NCBI RefSeq assembly: GCF_006345805.1
Contig: NC_042999.1
Span: 131,006,001 to 131,070,000, forward strand
DNA length: 64,000 nt
Source: Octopus sinensis
Taxonomy: Eukaryota
Direction: 5' to 3'
Position 1 is the first letter of the stretch, and each line of letters opens with the position of its first letter. The notes beneath the pieces are model-generated. The model saw nothing but the letters and a program-made list of their open reading frames with translations. It was not told the origin of the DNA and did not search any database. A program made the position numbers and the translations under genes. Positions 36,620 to 50,065 of this stretch are shown piece by piece.

Positions 36620-38500
36620 GATAATACCACTCTAATGGAGTATTGACCACAAAAAATATTAATATCAACTGCGACATTTTCCAGTCTGACTCACTTCCAC
36701 CTTTAATTTTTTACATAGCCCTACAAGTGAATTTAACAGATCAGAGTATGGATATAAAATTGGCGACAAGAAAATAAGTCATCTATTTTATATGAATAAT
36801 TTAAAGCTCTATAGCAAAGACAACAATAAGCTTGAAGGACTACTGTGTATTGTGAAAGCATTCAGTTATGACATTGGGATGGAATTTCGTCTTGATAAAT
36901 GTGCCAAGGTCACTTTCCAGAAAGGGAAATTGGAAACCATACATTCAGTGGTATTGGATATTGAGACAGTCATAAAAGAACTTGAGCAGGAACAAACTTG
37001 CAAATACCTCAGAATAAATGATGGCTCTGGCATTCAGCATGCAAGTATGAAAGAGAAGATCAGGAAGGAGTGTTACAGGAGAGTTCAAGCAGTCTTAAAA
37101 TCTGAATTAATTGCACGTAACAAGGTATTAGCTATAAATTCCTTAGCAGTTCTGGTTGTTAATCCGTAATCTGCTGACTTGTAATAAGATGCATCACCCA
37201 AAGGCAGACGCAGATGGTCTTTACCTACCCAGAGCTCAAGGAGGTCGAGGCTTGATCCAGTTTGAAATCTACAAAACCACCACAATTGGACTGGCAAAAT
37301 ATCTTGAGACATCTAATGACTGGATGCTAAAGCTTATTGAAAACCATGAAAGACGTAAGGAGCTTCATTTTGCTATGAAGAAGAGCAAAAAATTTTCAAG
37401 TGAGTTTATGCATAATACCCAGGTTGAACAGTATGATGGAAGTGCAGCTACTGAAGTTGCAAAGAAGGTGAAATCAATAGCAAAGCAAAATGCATTTGAA
37501 CAATTGGTTGATAGGTGGGAACATAAACTTCTGCATGGCAAATATGTGGCCTGTAGCAAACAAGCTGATGTAGACCAGAAGCACATCCACCAGTGGCTAT
37601 GGAGCTCAAAGCTAAAGGCAGAAAGTGAAGGCTTTATCTTGGCTGCCCAAGGTCAGAGCTTATTGATCTGGAACTATCAAGCAAATGCAATGAAAAACGG
37701 TGGAGACCCAAAGTGCTGATACTACAACAATGAGATAAAAACAGTAGACCACCTAATCTCTGGATGTGAGGTTTTAGCACCTGTAGAATACAAATAATGA
37801 CATGACAGAGTTGGCCAATATCTACATTGGATAATGCCGGCATTATAAAATCAAAACTGCTGACAAATGGTACAAGCACCATTTTTAGGCTATAACTAAG
37901 GGATAAATTGTAACTATTCTTTGAGACTTCCCAGTATGTACAGACCAACCAGCAAAGCAAATAAACCAGATATTGTTGTGAAAGACCAAAACAATAAAGT
38001 TTGTTTATTGATTGACATGAACATACCTTGTGACCATAATATCTCAGCAAAAGAATTTGATAAGCTCAGAAAATATAAAGATTTGCTAATTGAAATTGAA
38101 AAGATGTAGCATCTCAAGACGGTTACAATACCAGTGATTGTAGAAGCACTTGGAATGATCAAAAAAGGAACTGGAAATTATTTAAGATTGATCCCTGGCT
38201 TATCATCCATGCAGGAAGTGCATAAGATTGACTTAACTGGTACATCACACATATTGAGAAGAGCATTATTGCTGTGAATTTTCTTTCCTTTTTTTCCCCC
38301 TTTATTTTATTTGTTTACTTTGTATTTTTTTTTCTCTTTGTCTTCCCCCTTTTCTCTATCACATGACTTTGTAAATGAACAATCTGGTGTGTTTATTTTA
38401 ATGGCCTACCAATGTACACAGTATGTTTCTCTGCCCTAGATGTCAGGAAGACACTCAGCAAGAAATGGAAACAGAATTGAAGGAAGATGCTAATGAAAAT
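36620..38500 (+). mobile_element. 5'-truncated R4/Dong-clade LINE (RT C-terminal part, zinc knuckle, restriction-like endonuclease), decayed
   Basis: Motifs IFQSDSLPPL..SHLFYMNNLKLYSK, DHLISGC, HDRVGQYLHW and KPDIVVKD..LIDMNIP...KYKDL. The element is flanked by (AAT)n-like runs. Confidence 0.88.
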
Positions 38501-38794
38501 AATAATTATAATTATTATAAATACTAATAATACACATGGTTTGTCACTTTGGAACAATATCAGAAATTATCATTTTGTTGAAGCTAATCCTCTTAAAGGG
38601 TAATCATACCCCTTGTGTTTTTTTTTTACATAATTTATTATAGAAGACATTGAGTCATTATTTAGAAGTAAACTGTCATCAAGCTTTGTCTTGAACATTC
38701 TATAGCAGAGGTAAGTTACAACCCTGGTAAGTGTATTACAACCAGCATCATAGTGAGTCTGCTTCAACCAATTCCATGGTATGTCTGCTACAAC

Positions 38795-39242
38795 CAGTGG
38801 TGCCTTAAGACAGGGGTACACAGGGCAGTTGCTTAGGGACTCCAAGGTTCTAGGAACCCTATTCTGATCTATACATGTGAGTTGCTGTCAATAAATAAAT
38901 ACTAAAGAATCCAGTACACTGGTTTGCTCAGGGACCTATAATGCTACTAAGGGGCACACTTGGTAGTTATCCAAGGGCTCCAAGTATCAAGGCACTCTAT
39001 TCTAATTGATGTACACGGTGACTTGCTGTCAATAAATAAATATTATAGGGCCCAGTGCATTGGTTTGCTTGGGGGCCTATTATGCTGTTAAGGGGAACAC
39101 TGCGAAGTTGTCCAGGGGCTCCAAGAGTCTAGGGGTCCTATTCTAATCTATGTATGCTGTGGTTTGCTGTCAATAAATAAACAGTATAGAAACCAGTGCA
39201 TTAATTTGCTCAGGAGCCTATAATGCTGCTAAGACAACCCTG
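38795..39242. repeat. 141-bp tandem repeat x3 inside a putative MITE
   Basis: TTGCTGTCAATAAATAA occurs at 38882, 39023 and 39164. The ends CAGTGGTGCCTTA and (reverse complement) CAGGGTTGTCTTA form weak TIRs. Confidence 0.8.
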
Positions 39243-41269
39243 ACCATAACCATTGTTATATCCATTACCTACTTCCACTTATTTTAAGTTGAACAGTTTT
39301 GTAAACTTCTTTATAGAAGCTCACTTATAAGATGTTAGTGTCAATGTAAGTGTCTAGGCTAGTTTCTAGCTCACTTACTAAATCATTATCATGATTAAGA
39401 GATGAAGTTTCTTTGGTCACAACAAGTGCATTAAAAATATCTACAGCTATTTCATTGTTTATAAGTTTTTAACTTATGTTCAATGTTGTTTAATAGGTTC
39501 AAATACTACTGGTTGACTATGGCTAATTATACATAGCAGAACACAGCATACAAAATACTCCACTGTGTGTGTTTAAACATACTTAGTCTTACCGTAAAGA
39601 TTTTTTTTTTTTGCAGTTCAAACAAAAGTTAATGAGAACATGTGACTAACAGCCTAGTTATTGTAATTTCAATTCCCTTTTGATTCTCCTCATACCCTGT
39701 ATGCATGGTATCATGAGTATTCTCTTCTTCAGATATACAAAATGTGGGGATGATGTTAGAAAAAGCAATCAAGGTCCATTACACATTTCTCCACACAACA
39801 TATGACATAATAGTTAACTGAGTTTATCAGCATCCACTGAATCAATAAAATAAGTACTTGCCATCTATTGTTATAGGTAATAAAATCATACAATATTTAT
39901 TATGTTATATTTTGGGTAACAGATAAGCTATTTCTGTGCAATAGGTATAGCAGAAAAATTGCCTAATGACTGACAAGTTGGTTTACACAAACAATCTTAA
40001 TAAAGCACTTTCTAAAACTGAATAGTTACATGTATATCCTGCAAGCTATTTGATAACATCAAGGTACTTCATGTAAGGTGTGGAATCACAAAGAAGAATT
40101 TTTTCACTCTATTGTCTCTTTAACTTGAAAGTTATGGCCTCATGTCTTGTCATTTAGAACAGTATGAAGCTCTTTTAAAATATTTTAATCTGAATGTAAC
40201 TATGTGTTTAAAGAAGCGTGAACTGTACTTCCTTAAAAAAATTATGTTTATTACTTCAGGAAAAACAAGTAAGAGAATAAAATATTCATGTGTGTGTGTG
40301 TGTGTGTGTGTATGTGTGTGTGCATGTGTGTGTGCATGCTTGTGTGTGTGTGTGCACATGTGCACATACACACATGCATGTGTTGGTATTTCATTGAATC
40401 TGCAGCACTCCTCTTTGCTAATCCTGTATTATTCATTTACATTACATATCAATACTAATATAGTTAATTCAGTAACTGTAGCTTCTCAAACATTTCCTCC
40501 CTCTATTTGGTGTGCGACCTTTATGTCAACAATAAATATTCAATAAATCATAAACACGACATTCCTTTGAGATCATAATAATTCATTTCTTTCAAGTAAC
40601 TGCAAATTCTGAGCATTTACATACTGCCCATATATTATAACCATACAACATCAACATCTTATATATTATATCTGTACAACATCAACAACCTAATTTTGCA
40701 TGATTTTTATAGAAATGTTTCTTACACCAACAGTAGTTCTGTAAACTAATCAAATTCCAAAACTAATTACTCTCTAAACTTATGTACTGAGATAACAGAA
40801 GAATATACTTTACCTCTAAAAATGATTTCAAATTTACAATTGTATATGAGTTAGCAGAATTGCAATAATAGTTTAACTTTAAAATGAGAAAACTTATGAA
40901 ATTTACTTATAATGAATTTAATCAAAATAAAAGTATGCAAATGAATACAATATATTTTTATATGTTTAGTGCATTTATTTGTTTAAATTAAGAAAAAAAA
41001 AACACTGACAAATATTTTGAATCTAATACTTTGAAAGAAGTTTACAAGAAGTTTACTACAAGAAGTTTACAACAGGTATTAAAAAATGCTGCAGTTTATT
41101 AGACTTTTGCAAAGATCGGGTTAATATAAGTGGTTGATAAATTTATGTAATTTTTTTTATTTAAATGCAAAGAAACAAAAAAAAAAGAGAGATCAGAAAG
41201 GAAAAGAAAGAAAAGGAAAAAATGGGGAAGGGTAAAGCAGCAGACGATGGAAGAAGAGGGGATGATAGA

Positions 41270-41500
41270 TCGCATATCTCAGAACAAATGGTGTGATTAG
41301 CTGCACCCCACGGTAATGACCACAATAGCATTGCTGCGGAGAATGGCCAGCAACACTCATTTTAAAAGCCACTCCACCTTATGGGGCTCATTTCTCTGAC
41401 AGGCCACTCTTATCCCTATTTTGAAGAGGTAATCAGTAGTATGGAGCCCTAGAACACATAACATCTTGATGGTAACCAGCCCAAACTGATAGCACTTTTT
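41270..41500 (-). mobile_element. Possible CRE-clade LINE 3' remnant
   Basis: Minus-strand RNEPHKVEWLLK*VLLAILRSNAIV resembles the terminal TGEPR..WL.QR.S.AI.RGNA motif. Confidence 0.45.
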
Positions 41501-43696
41501 TCTTGTAGTTCAATTCATTTGTTAAACATCATTATTATCACATTTCAGGATTTTTGCATGATTTACCTCTGATATATAAGAGAATGGATTGAGATTTTTT
41601 TGCAGAATGGATTGAGATTTTGCAGAATGGATTGAGATTTTTTGCAGTAACAATGATTAGTAAATGGTAGTGACTGTATGTGTGTGTGTCTACTTGCAAG
41701 CACCATAAAGTTGTAGTAAGCTGTGAACAAACTGAATCCTGAATCTGCAATGCAACTTTGATACTTGGTTGAGCTGTTTCATTTTACTTTCTCCTTGAAC
41801 CTCTGATTTCCAGTTAAATTAAAACAAAAATGTGATACTCTACATCAGAAATATGAAAGTACTTTTGGTAGTGATCCAGCAATGCATCAAGTGTGTGTGT
41901 GTACTACATATGTGCAGTAACTGCAGGTTAGTTGTGTTAAAGAATATTAATTTGTCATGACCTCATTGGCAGATAAGCCCAAGGACCCTGCTCATGGAAG
42001 CAATAGAAATTCATGTGATGTTGGATGTGAAATGTTGAGGAGAAGCGAAAAGGTGGTATCATATGTACAGGAGTGTGTGTTTGGTCATTAGTAACTATAA
42101 GAAGGATCTTAATACTCAGATAGAAGAGTGTAGGAGACATATAACAGAACTCTTAGTTACACCAGACACTGTAAGATAGGGGTTAAAGGACATCTTATCA
42201 ACACTTTGTAATGGGATAGTTTAACAGAAAACTTCTCGTAGTTGAATGAAATTCATAGATTGCAACAACAACATTTGAGCCAAAAATCTCAAAGATTAGG
42301 ACCTTTGGTGTGTTGTGTAGGAAAACAAGCCTCCAGAACATCTGGCTCTATGGAAGCTTTAGTGACAGTCATTGAGATGTGGCAGATTCCCCATGTGTTA
42401 AAGGAAATGGTTGTTTATAGCTGTCTCTATCATTAAGATGACGGAAGTGAGAGTGATAAGGAAGTATCTTTCTGGTTACTTCAGTGAGCTGGAGTAATCA
42501 AAAGCTTTTGCCCATTGATAACTTTTAGCATGTAATAGTGAACCAGGTGGGATTGAGAAGCTGAGATTCAAGGGGCTTTGTTGTGTATGTGGAGCTCCAA
42601 AAAAAGTAGACAGGAAATGTGGTACTTCATCAGCAATACAGGTTCTTACAAATCTTGATTTCATAGTAGAAGAGGATTTTGTGAAGTTACTAGAGAACCT
42701 TCTTGAAGAGGGACATAGACCAGTTTAGGAGGCAAAAGGGCTCAAAAATTGTGTAGAGCAAAAGAGTACTATATTGTTAGTATTATATTGTAAGTGCTGT
42801 TGTAGGGGATGGAAACTTTTCAGTAACAACAGTTGACTTTCTCATGGTGTTGTAGGCACTGTTCTTTGTCAGTACAGCTGATTGTGAACTACTTGGTGTT
42901 GTAGGATTTTTATTGTTGGGGGATGTCAGTATTAATCAGCCACTTAGCCATCTTCCTTGATGGGCCAAAGATAAAATACATCAGCTGCAAAGGTAGTTAT
43001 TATATAATTGGCTTAATTCTACCAGCTAGCTGATTTAAAGTACCAGAGGATTTGCCTTGTTGTTGTTGATGAGTAACTGGAAGTATTTGTTGTTGAGGTG
43101 AGTCATGGGAAGTGTGGATTCTATGGAAACAACACAGACACCACTATACTGAAAGTAAAACATAGTGTGTAACCTAGACAGTGGAGATGGGTTACAAATA
43201 GTGAATAAATTTTTTTATTGTTAAAGAGAAATAAGTATGGTTTCTGTGTTGTTGTTGCTGTCTATCCCCAGGTCAGCTTCATTTGAATAGACCTTTAATG
43301 AAAAGCATTCTAACCATGACCATCCTTTCTTTTCTCCATGCCTGCATGATTGTGCAGTTAAGGAGTTTGCTTTGCAATCATTTGGTTTCAGGAGGGTCTG
43401 TCCCACTGCACAGCACTTGGTCAAGTGTCTTCTACTATAACCCTAGCTCAACCAAAGCCTTGTGAATGAATTTGGTGTATATGGAAACTGTATAGATGTC
43501 TATCAAACATATGTATGTGTGTATGTATGTATGTATGTATGTATGTATGTATGTATGTACGTACGTACATAAATACATCCATCTACCCATACATACATAT
43601 GCATATAAATGTATGTGTGTGCCTTTCTGTATGTGGTTGTCCCCCCACCCACCCCTCCACCCATCTACCATACAATAATTGACAACCAGTGTTAGT

Positions 43697-43917
43697 TTTA
43701 CTCTTTTACTCTTTTACTTGTTTCAGTCATTTGACTGCGGCCATGCTGGAGCACCGCCTTTAGTCGAGCAACTCGACCCCGGGACTTATTCTTTGTAAGC
43801 CCAGTACTTATTCTATTGGTCTCTTTTGCCGAACCGCTAAGTGATGGGGACATAAACACACCAGCATCGGTTGTCAAGCAACGCTAGGGGGACAACACAG
43901 ACACACATACATACACG

Positions 43918-43971
<54 letters not shown>

Positions 43972-44142
43972 ATATATATGACGGGCTTCTTTCAGTTTCC
44001 ATCTGCCAAATCCACTCACAAGGCTTTGGTCGGCCTGAGGCTATAGTAGAAGACACTTGCCCAAGGTGCTATGCATTGGGACTGAACCCAGAACCATGTG
44101 GTTGGTAAGCAAGCTACTTACCACACAGCCACTCCTGCGCCT
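43697..44142 (-). mobile_element. SINE family B, near-consensus
   Basis: Head AGGCGCAGGAGTGGCTGTGTGG, B-box GTTCAGTCC, internal (TA)/(CA) run, (GAGTAAAA)n tail. Confidence 0.92.
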
Positions 44143-44520
44143 TGTTTGTTCATGATCCTATAACTTAATGGTTCAGCAAAAGGAAACTGATGGAATAAGT
44201 ACTAGACTTAAAAATAAGTAATGGGATCAATGTGTGGCTGCAAGTAAGTAAAAGATAAATGATGAAAAATACATAGTGTACATAGGAATGCATCATCCAA
44301 TATGTCCTTTTATTAAACCAGGTGGAATGTGATTTTAGGGTAGATTTGGTACTTTTTCCATGGGGTAAAGTGACATATATACCATACCATGTCTGCCTGA
44401 GGATCACATTGCACACTTTAACACAGTGGTGCTCAACCATTTTTTTACCTATGGATACCTTTGATACCTATTTCACTCAGGTGGACCCCCCATAGCCATT
44501 CAATGTTTAAAAAAAATCCT

Positions 44521-44922
44521 ACTCTTTACTTGTTTCAGTCCTTTGACTGTGGCCATGCTGGAGCACTGTCTTTAGTCGAGCAAATCGACCCCAGGATTTA
44601 TTCTTTGTAAGCCTAGTACTTATTCTATCAGTCTCTTCTGCCCAACCACTAAGTTATGGGGACGTAAACACACCAGCATCAGTTGTCAAGTGATGTTGGG
44701 GAGACAAACACAAACATACACACACCCACACACATGCACATATATATATACATATATACGACGGGCTTCTTTCAGTTTCCGTCTACCAAATCCACTCACA
44801 AGGCTTTGGTCAGCCTGAGGCTATAGGAGAAGACACTTGCCGAAGGTGCCACACAATGGGACTGAACCCAGAACCATGTAGTTCGTAAGCATGCTACTTA
44901 CCACACAGCCACTCCTACACCT
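44521..44922 (-). mobile_element. SINE family B
   Basis: Colinear with 43697-44142. Confidence 0.9.
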
Positions 44923-45059
44923 ATGTATTGTATTTTTATAATTAAATATTATTAGGAATTGTTATATAAAAAAAAATTGAACTATTTTGTGTATTGTAGA
45001 AGTACAACTAATTTATTGCTCATAAATTTTAATGACAAAATCTTATATGGACTCTCAAG

Positions 45060-45720
45060 GGTCATATGGATCCTAGCTGAGACCACTGCTTTTACATGTA
45101 GTATGTATCATATTAGGTGTAGGGATTCTACCTACCTTCTACATTATCTGCAGTTGAACACCAGCCACCACTTGTCTCCAGAATTCCCTCTCCTGGAGTG
45201 ATCTTGGTAGGTCAATCTTCAGTAGATCAGTCTTCAACCAATTGATCGATGAGTGTCCTAGCAGCATAACCCTTAGGTCACTTTCTGTGTTAGTTCCTAC
45301 TCTGTCTGAGTATATTGCAGTTCCTCTACTACAATCTGTTATTATATGACTATAAGTTTCAAACAAGCAGGATTGGAGTATGGAAGTTGTTGTTTCTCAG
45401 CATCTATCTCTGATGGGAATACTTCATGACTAAAATTCTGGAGCTAGTGCAATTATCAATGCTGGTATTATTTGTATGTGTGTTTATCCTTTTTATGCTT
45501 GTCTGAACAGAGTAAGAGATATAGTGTTTATAGAATGGTGTTGTTAAACTTTCCTATATACTGGATGCTAGAATATGACTAAACATACAATGCCAAAGGG
45601 TACAAAGATTTCAACTTGTTACAGTAACAAAATTTGCTTCTCACATGTTCAGGTAGCTTTTTTACTTTCAGGTACTTTTCTTTCATTGTGTTGATGGTCT
45701 ATAGGTGTGGTTTGTGAGAA
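45060..45720 (-). mobile_element. Decayed RTE-like LINE 3' fragment
   Basis: Minus-strand YAARTLIDQLVED resembles the GRP..TFIDQL..D C-terminal motif. Confidence 0.4.
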
Positions 45721-45894
45721 GCTTGACATGATGCAAGGTGTGCAGTTTTTATTTCTTTTTAGCTTGTTATAATTTATTGTACAGAGATTGGGTGTCAGCC
45801 AGGACTAGCATTATTTTAACAATAGAGCAGTACAATGTCTTCTGTGTTAGAAGTTGGGTAAGGTATGTATTTGTATGCATAAATATATCAAATA

Positions 45895-45930
45895 TAAAAT
45901 ATACACACACATACATATGTGTATATATAT

Positions 45931-45994
<64 letters not shown>

Positions 45995-46215
45995 CATACA
46001 CACACATATATACATATATATAGCTAGATACATATAGATGTATATACATACATATAATATATACATGTAATATATATATACACATATATATATATATATA
46101 TACACATACATATATATACAGACATGTATCATATATATATACATATATGTATGCACACACACTCACATATATATGTATATGCATGTATGTATATACACAC
46201 ACATATATGTTGTTG
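45895..46215. repeat. (TA)n/(CA)n/(TACA)n compound microsatellite
   Basis: Directly visible. Confidence 0.95.
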
Positions 46216-48344
46216 TATACAATTATATTTAAATATTCAATATTTTTATGTACACTCAGACATGGAAAGACCTTTGCTGCAGAAATTGTCTTGAGAGAAA
46301 ACTCTCCTTGTAAAAATATAGCAATGAGTTTTATGAATGACATCATCAGATCATAGGACAACTGTGTTTCTGTGCTACGCTTCACCAGCTACAGACACTG
46401 ATTTTGTAGATCAAGTAAAAATCATATATCACGATCAGTTAACTAATGTTGGTGAATGGCTATGTTCAGTGTGACAGTTTGTTACACTAAAAATGCTCTA
46501 AATACAATGGATCAAATTATACCAGGTGTGTGTGTGCGTGTGCCTTTGTCCTTCACCACCACTTGACAACTGATGTTGTTTGTTTACAGTTCTGTATCTT
46601 AGCAATTAAATAACAGGCTTAAAAAAGTAAGTACTGGGGTTGAATTTTTCCTACTAAACCCATTGAGGCAGAGCCCCCACCATGGCCACAGTCCAATGAC
46701 AAAAATAAGTAAAAGATAGAAGACAAAAATAAAAATTATAGTATATCACTAGTAAATAAAAGACAGTAGAATGAGATTTGAGTGAGATTTAGCTGCTAAT
46801 TCTTATCAGTAATAAAACCATATTAAAACTCCCTCATTAGCTTGAGTTAATTTCTGTTGCTGAATAATCAGTCGCTAGGATTCTCTCTCCTCTGAAATAG
46901 TCTCACTCCTAGTTATTTCAAACAGTATCAAAGGTATAATCATTATCCTATAGAATGTCTCTATAGCAGGGGCCCTGTGGATCATGTCAGCAGGAAATAA
47001 ATATCTTATGGCATTGAGTATTAAGCCATTGTGCATGTATTACTGTCACATAAGAAAGTACAGTGAGAAAACATGCCATAGATTTGATTTTAATGCTGTT
47101 TGTCTCATTTGAAGCTTAGATGTCCTAAACACCAATGTGTAGCCTTCTAAATTTTCCTTTTCTTTCTTACACTAAAAATGCTCTAAACGCAATGAATCAA
47201 ATTATACAAGGTGTATGTGTGCGTGTGTGTGTGTATGTATGATTTTTTTTTGGGGTGGGGAAAGGGTTTGTTGATTACATCACCCTCAGTGCTTAGCTGG
47301 TACTTATTTTATCAACATTGAAAAGATGAAAGGCAAAGCTGACCTCAATGGAATTTGAATGCAAACAGTAAAGCTGAAAGAAATACCACTAAGCATTTTG
47401 TCCAGTGTGCTAACAATTCCACCAACTTGTCACCTTTATAGCCTTCTAAATATAATAACTAATCTCCCTTTCTGTACCTTTATCTCCGCCTCTGTATTGG
47501 TGGGGGTGGCTCCACATCAGACAGAATGTACAAGGTAAGAGACATGTATTCAAGGTCAGAACAGTAATTTTGCTTATGTACACAACAAATTATGAGCAAG
47601 AAGAAGAAAGCAATTTAGACATTGAAGAATGCCTAAGTGTATGCAACAAATTCTGACTAAATTAACATAGAATAGCTAGTTCAAAACTTTCAGTTTTGTG
47701 CAGAGTACAGAAGTAAATGATAAACAACTTTCTGTTATGGTTAATGTGAAACAGAATATCTTTTTGTCCAAGAAAAGAACAACACAAGGTATAAAAAAAA
47801 TGACAAAAATTAGGAAGAAGGAACTATAGAATTTGTAATTGTTTATTTAAGAACTTAGATCGAGTGGGAAGAACTAATTAAACAATTTTTGATATAAGCT
47901 AATGATCAGTTTTGATTACTGTTTCATATTGAACGAAATTTACCTGTTATTCATGATGATGATCATCATCTTTGCCATCATCATCATCATCATCCTCATT
48001 GTCACCCCACCACCATCATCAAGAAAATCTACAATTTTGAACTATGTAGTACAAAATAGTAACTGCATAAAATTGAAAATGAAATTTAAAAAATCAAACA
48101 AAATTTCCATTGAAGCAACTAACATTTATTTTTTAATATTTGAATGCATTAGACAGAATACTTGTTATAAGGTTGGGTATAAAATGTCTCCTAGAAACAG
48201 GCAGAAAAAGAACTTGTTACTAGTTGACAATAGGCAGAGCAATGTGCATAGTAACACAGGTGGAAATAAGATATGTTACAATGGGTGGAGTCTTTATATG
48301 TGTATGTGTAAATATTATTGCAAGCATGTATATGTTTGAGGGCA

Positions 48345-48348
48345 TATC

Positions 48349-48440
<92 letters not shown>

Positions 48441-48476
48441 TAGATAGATAGAAAGATAGATAGATAGATAGATAGG
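48345..48476. repeat. (CT)n(TA)n(TAGA)n compound microsatellite
   Basis: Directly visible. Confidence 0.95.
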
Positions 48477-49170
48477 GAGAGTTTACGAAAAAAACAAAAG
48501 ACAAAGACAGGTGGTGTACAAAACAAACATATGTATTAGTATAATGCTCAGGAATAGAAAAAGTATTTTACGTTTTGAGCCTACGCTCTTCTACAGAAAG
48601 GGACACAGAAAAAACAAGGACAGAAAAAAAAGGTGTATATATATAAAGATATATACACCATTTGTAGAAAATATAAATCTGGAGAAGAAGCACACTCTAA
48701 GATGTAGAGCAGTATAATCCCATAAACTGGCCTTCCCCTGTAATATGCTTGTGTGTGTGTGTGTATTTATGTATATGTAAATATGTATATTATATATATT
48801 ATATAACTATAGAAAGATAGATAGATAGATAGAAAGATAGATAGATATTTTCTTTCCTCTTTTCTTTTACTTGTTTCAGTCACTGGACTCCAACTATGAC
48901 ATGACACTTTTTTGAAGGGATCAGTTGAACAAGTCTTGTACCTATTCTATTGGTCTCTTTTGCTGAAAAGGTAAGTTACCGAGATGTAAACAGATCAACA
49001 AGCATGTACTGTGGTGGAGGTAATATCAGATTTCTAAACCACAAGTGTTCCTCTATCTAGATAACTCACTAGATTTAGTTACTTTCAAATTTCTTCTCTG
49101 TATTAACTTATGTGCACACTACACATCCTTAACTACTGGATTTGATAGATGGAAATTGAAAGAAGCCTGT

Positions 49171-49210
<40 letters not shown>

Positions 49211-49212
<2 letters not shown>

Positions 49213-49503
49213 GTGGCTGCCCCCTCGTTATCGAGTATGGCCATTGCACGAAGCTTAATCAATGTTGTTATCGTGCAATGCCTGTGCAAGAAGATTTTTT
49301 TTTAAGTGGGGAAAGGCTGAACACTGAGTCAATCCCACTCACTAAGCAACAGTAGCCATAATCCGAAAAGAAATCAAGTCAACATCATCGGTAACCACTG
49401 AGCCGCAGGTTTTATGTTGGAGTTATCCCAGTTACCTGAGTTACCTTCTCCTAGAAGGATGCCCCAACAAAGGCTAGGAGTCCTTCACTCCCAATGGTTT
49501 AAC
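49211..49503 (-). mobile_element. Short non-coding retroelement (RTE-derived bipartite type), copy 1
   Basis: About 90% identical by eye to 50066-50365, with the same boundary (..AATGGTTTAAC). The minus strand ends ..CTCGATAACGAGGGGGCAGCCACC. Confidence 0.65.
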
Positions 49504-50028
49504 CTGGAAATCGTGATACACAGATATTGTTTTGAGCTGAGTTGGGGTGCTAGATTCCCTTGTTTGAAAATATAAGGACACAGATCATGTCATATAGCCA
49601 GCTGGAGACGATGTCTCCTGGGACTAAATTACAGCAACATTCGTCCTAAACCAGGACTGGCATGTTATGTTGGCAAACAATCTTTACTACAAAGTATTGT
49701 TGCTGAATATCTCACGTTGTGAGATTTAAAAATAGTAATTTTCTAAGATATCTTTTAGTTGTTTCTATCACTGGACACCACCTTAAAGGACTTGCAGGTG
49801 TTTTTAATAGATTTTAAGCAGTATTTTAAAGGACTTTGGAAGTTCTTGGTGTGTAAATCTTATCACTTTCATTGGTTTAATTATGTACTTTTGATATTTT
49901 CAAATTCACCTTTTGTGTGTGTCACTGCTAACTTTTCAAAGTGATCATCTTTGATGTCATTCACTTGATGACATGTTCATTTCTTATTAAAACCCATGAT
50001 ATAAACTGTACATATATAAAGTATGTGC

Positions 50029-50061
<33 letters not shown>

Positions 50062-50065
50062 TACA

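Noticed and set aside
38820-39242. Regularly spaced repeats resembling a CRISPR array (also 1-205, 23250-23480, 57735-57950)
   Set aside because: Whole units are homologous (no unique spacers), the context is eukaryotic and there are no cas genes.
47470-47540. Pyrimidine tract followed by AAG|GTAAGA, a possible small exon
   Set aside because: No partner exons or recognisable peptide; such signals occur by chance.
47902-48339. 145-aa ORF
   Set aside because: Starts in an (ATC)n repeat and is AT-rich with no domain features.
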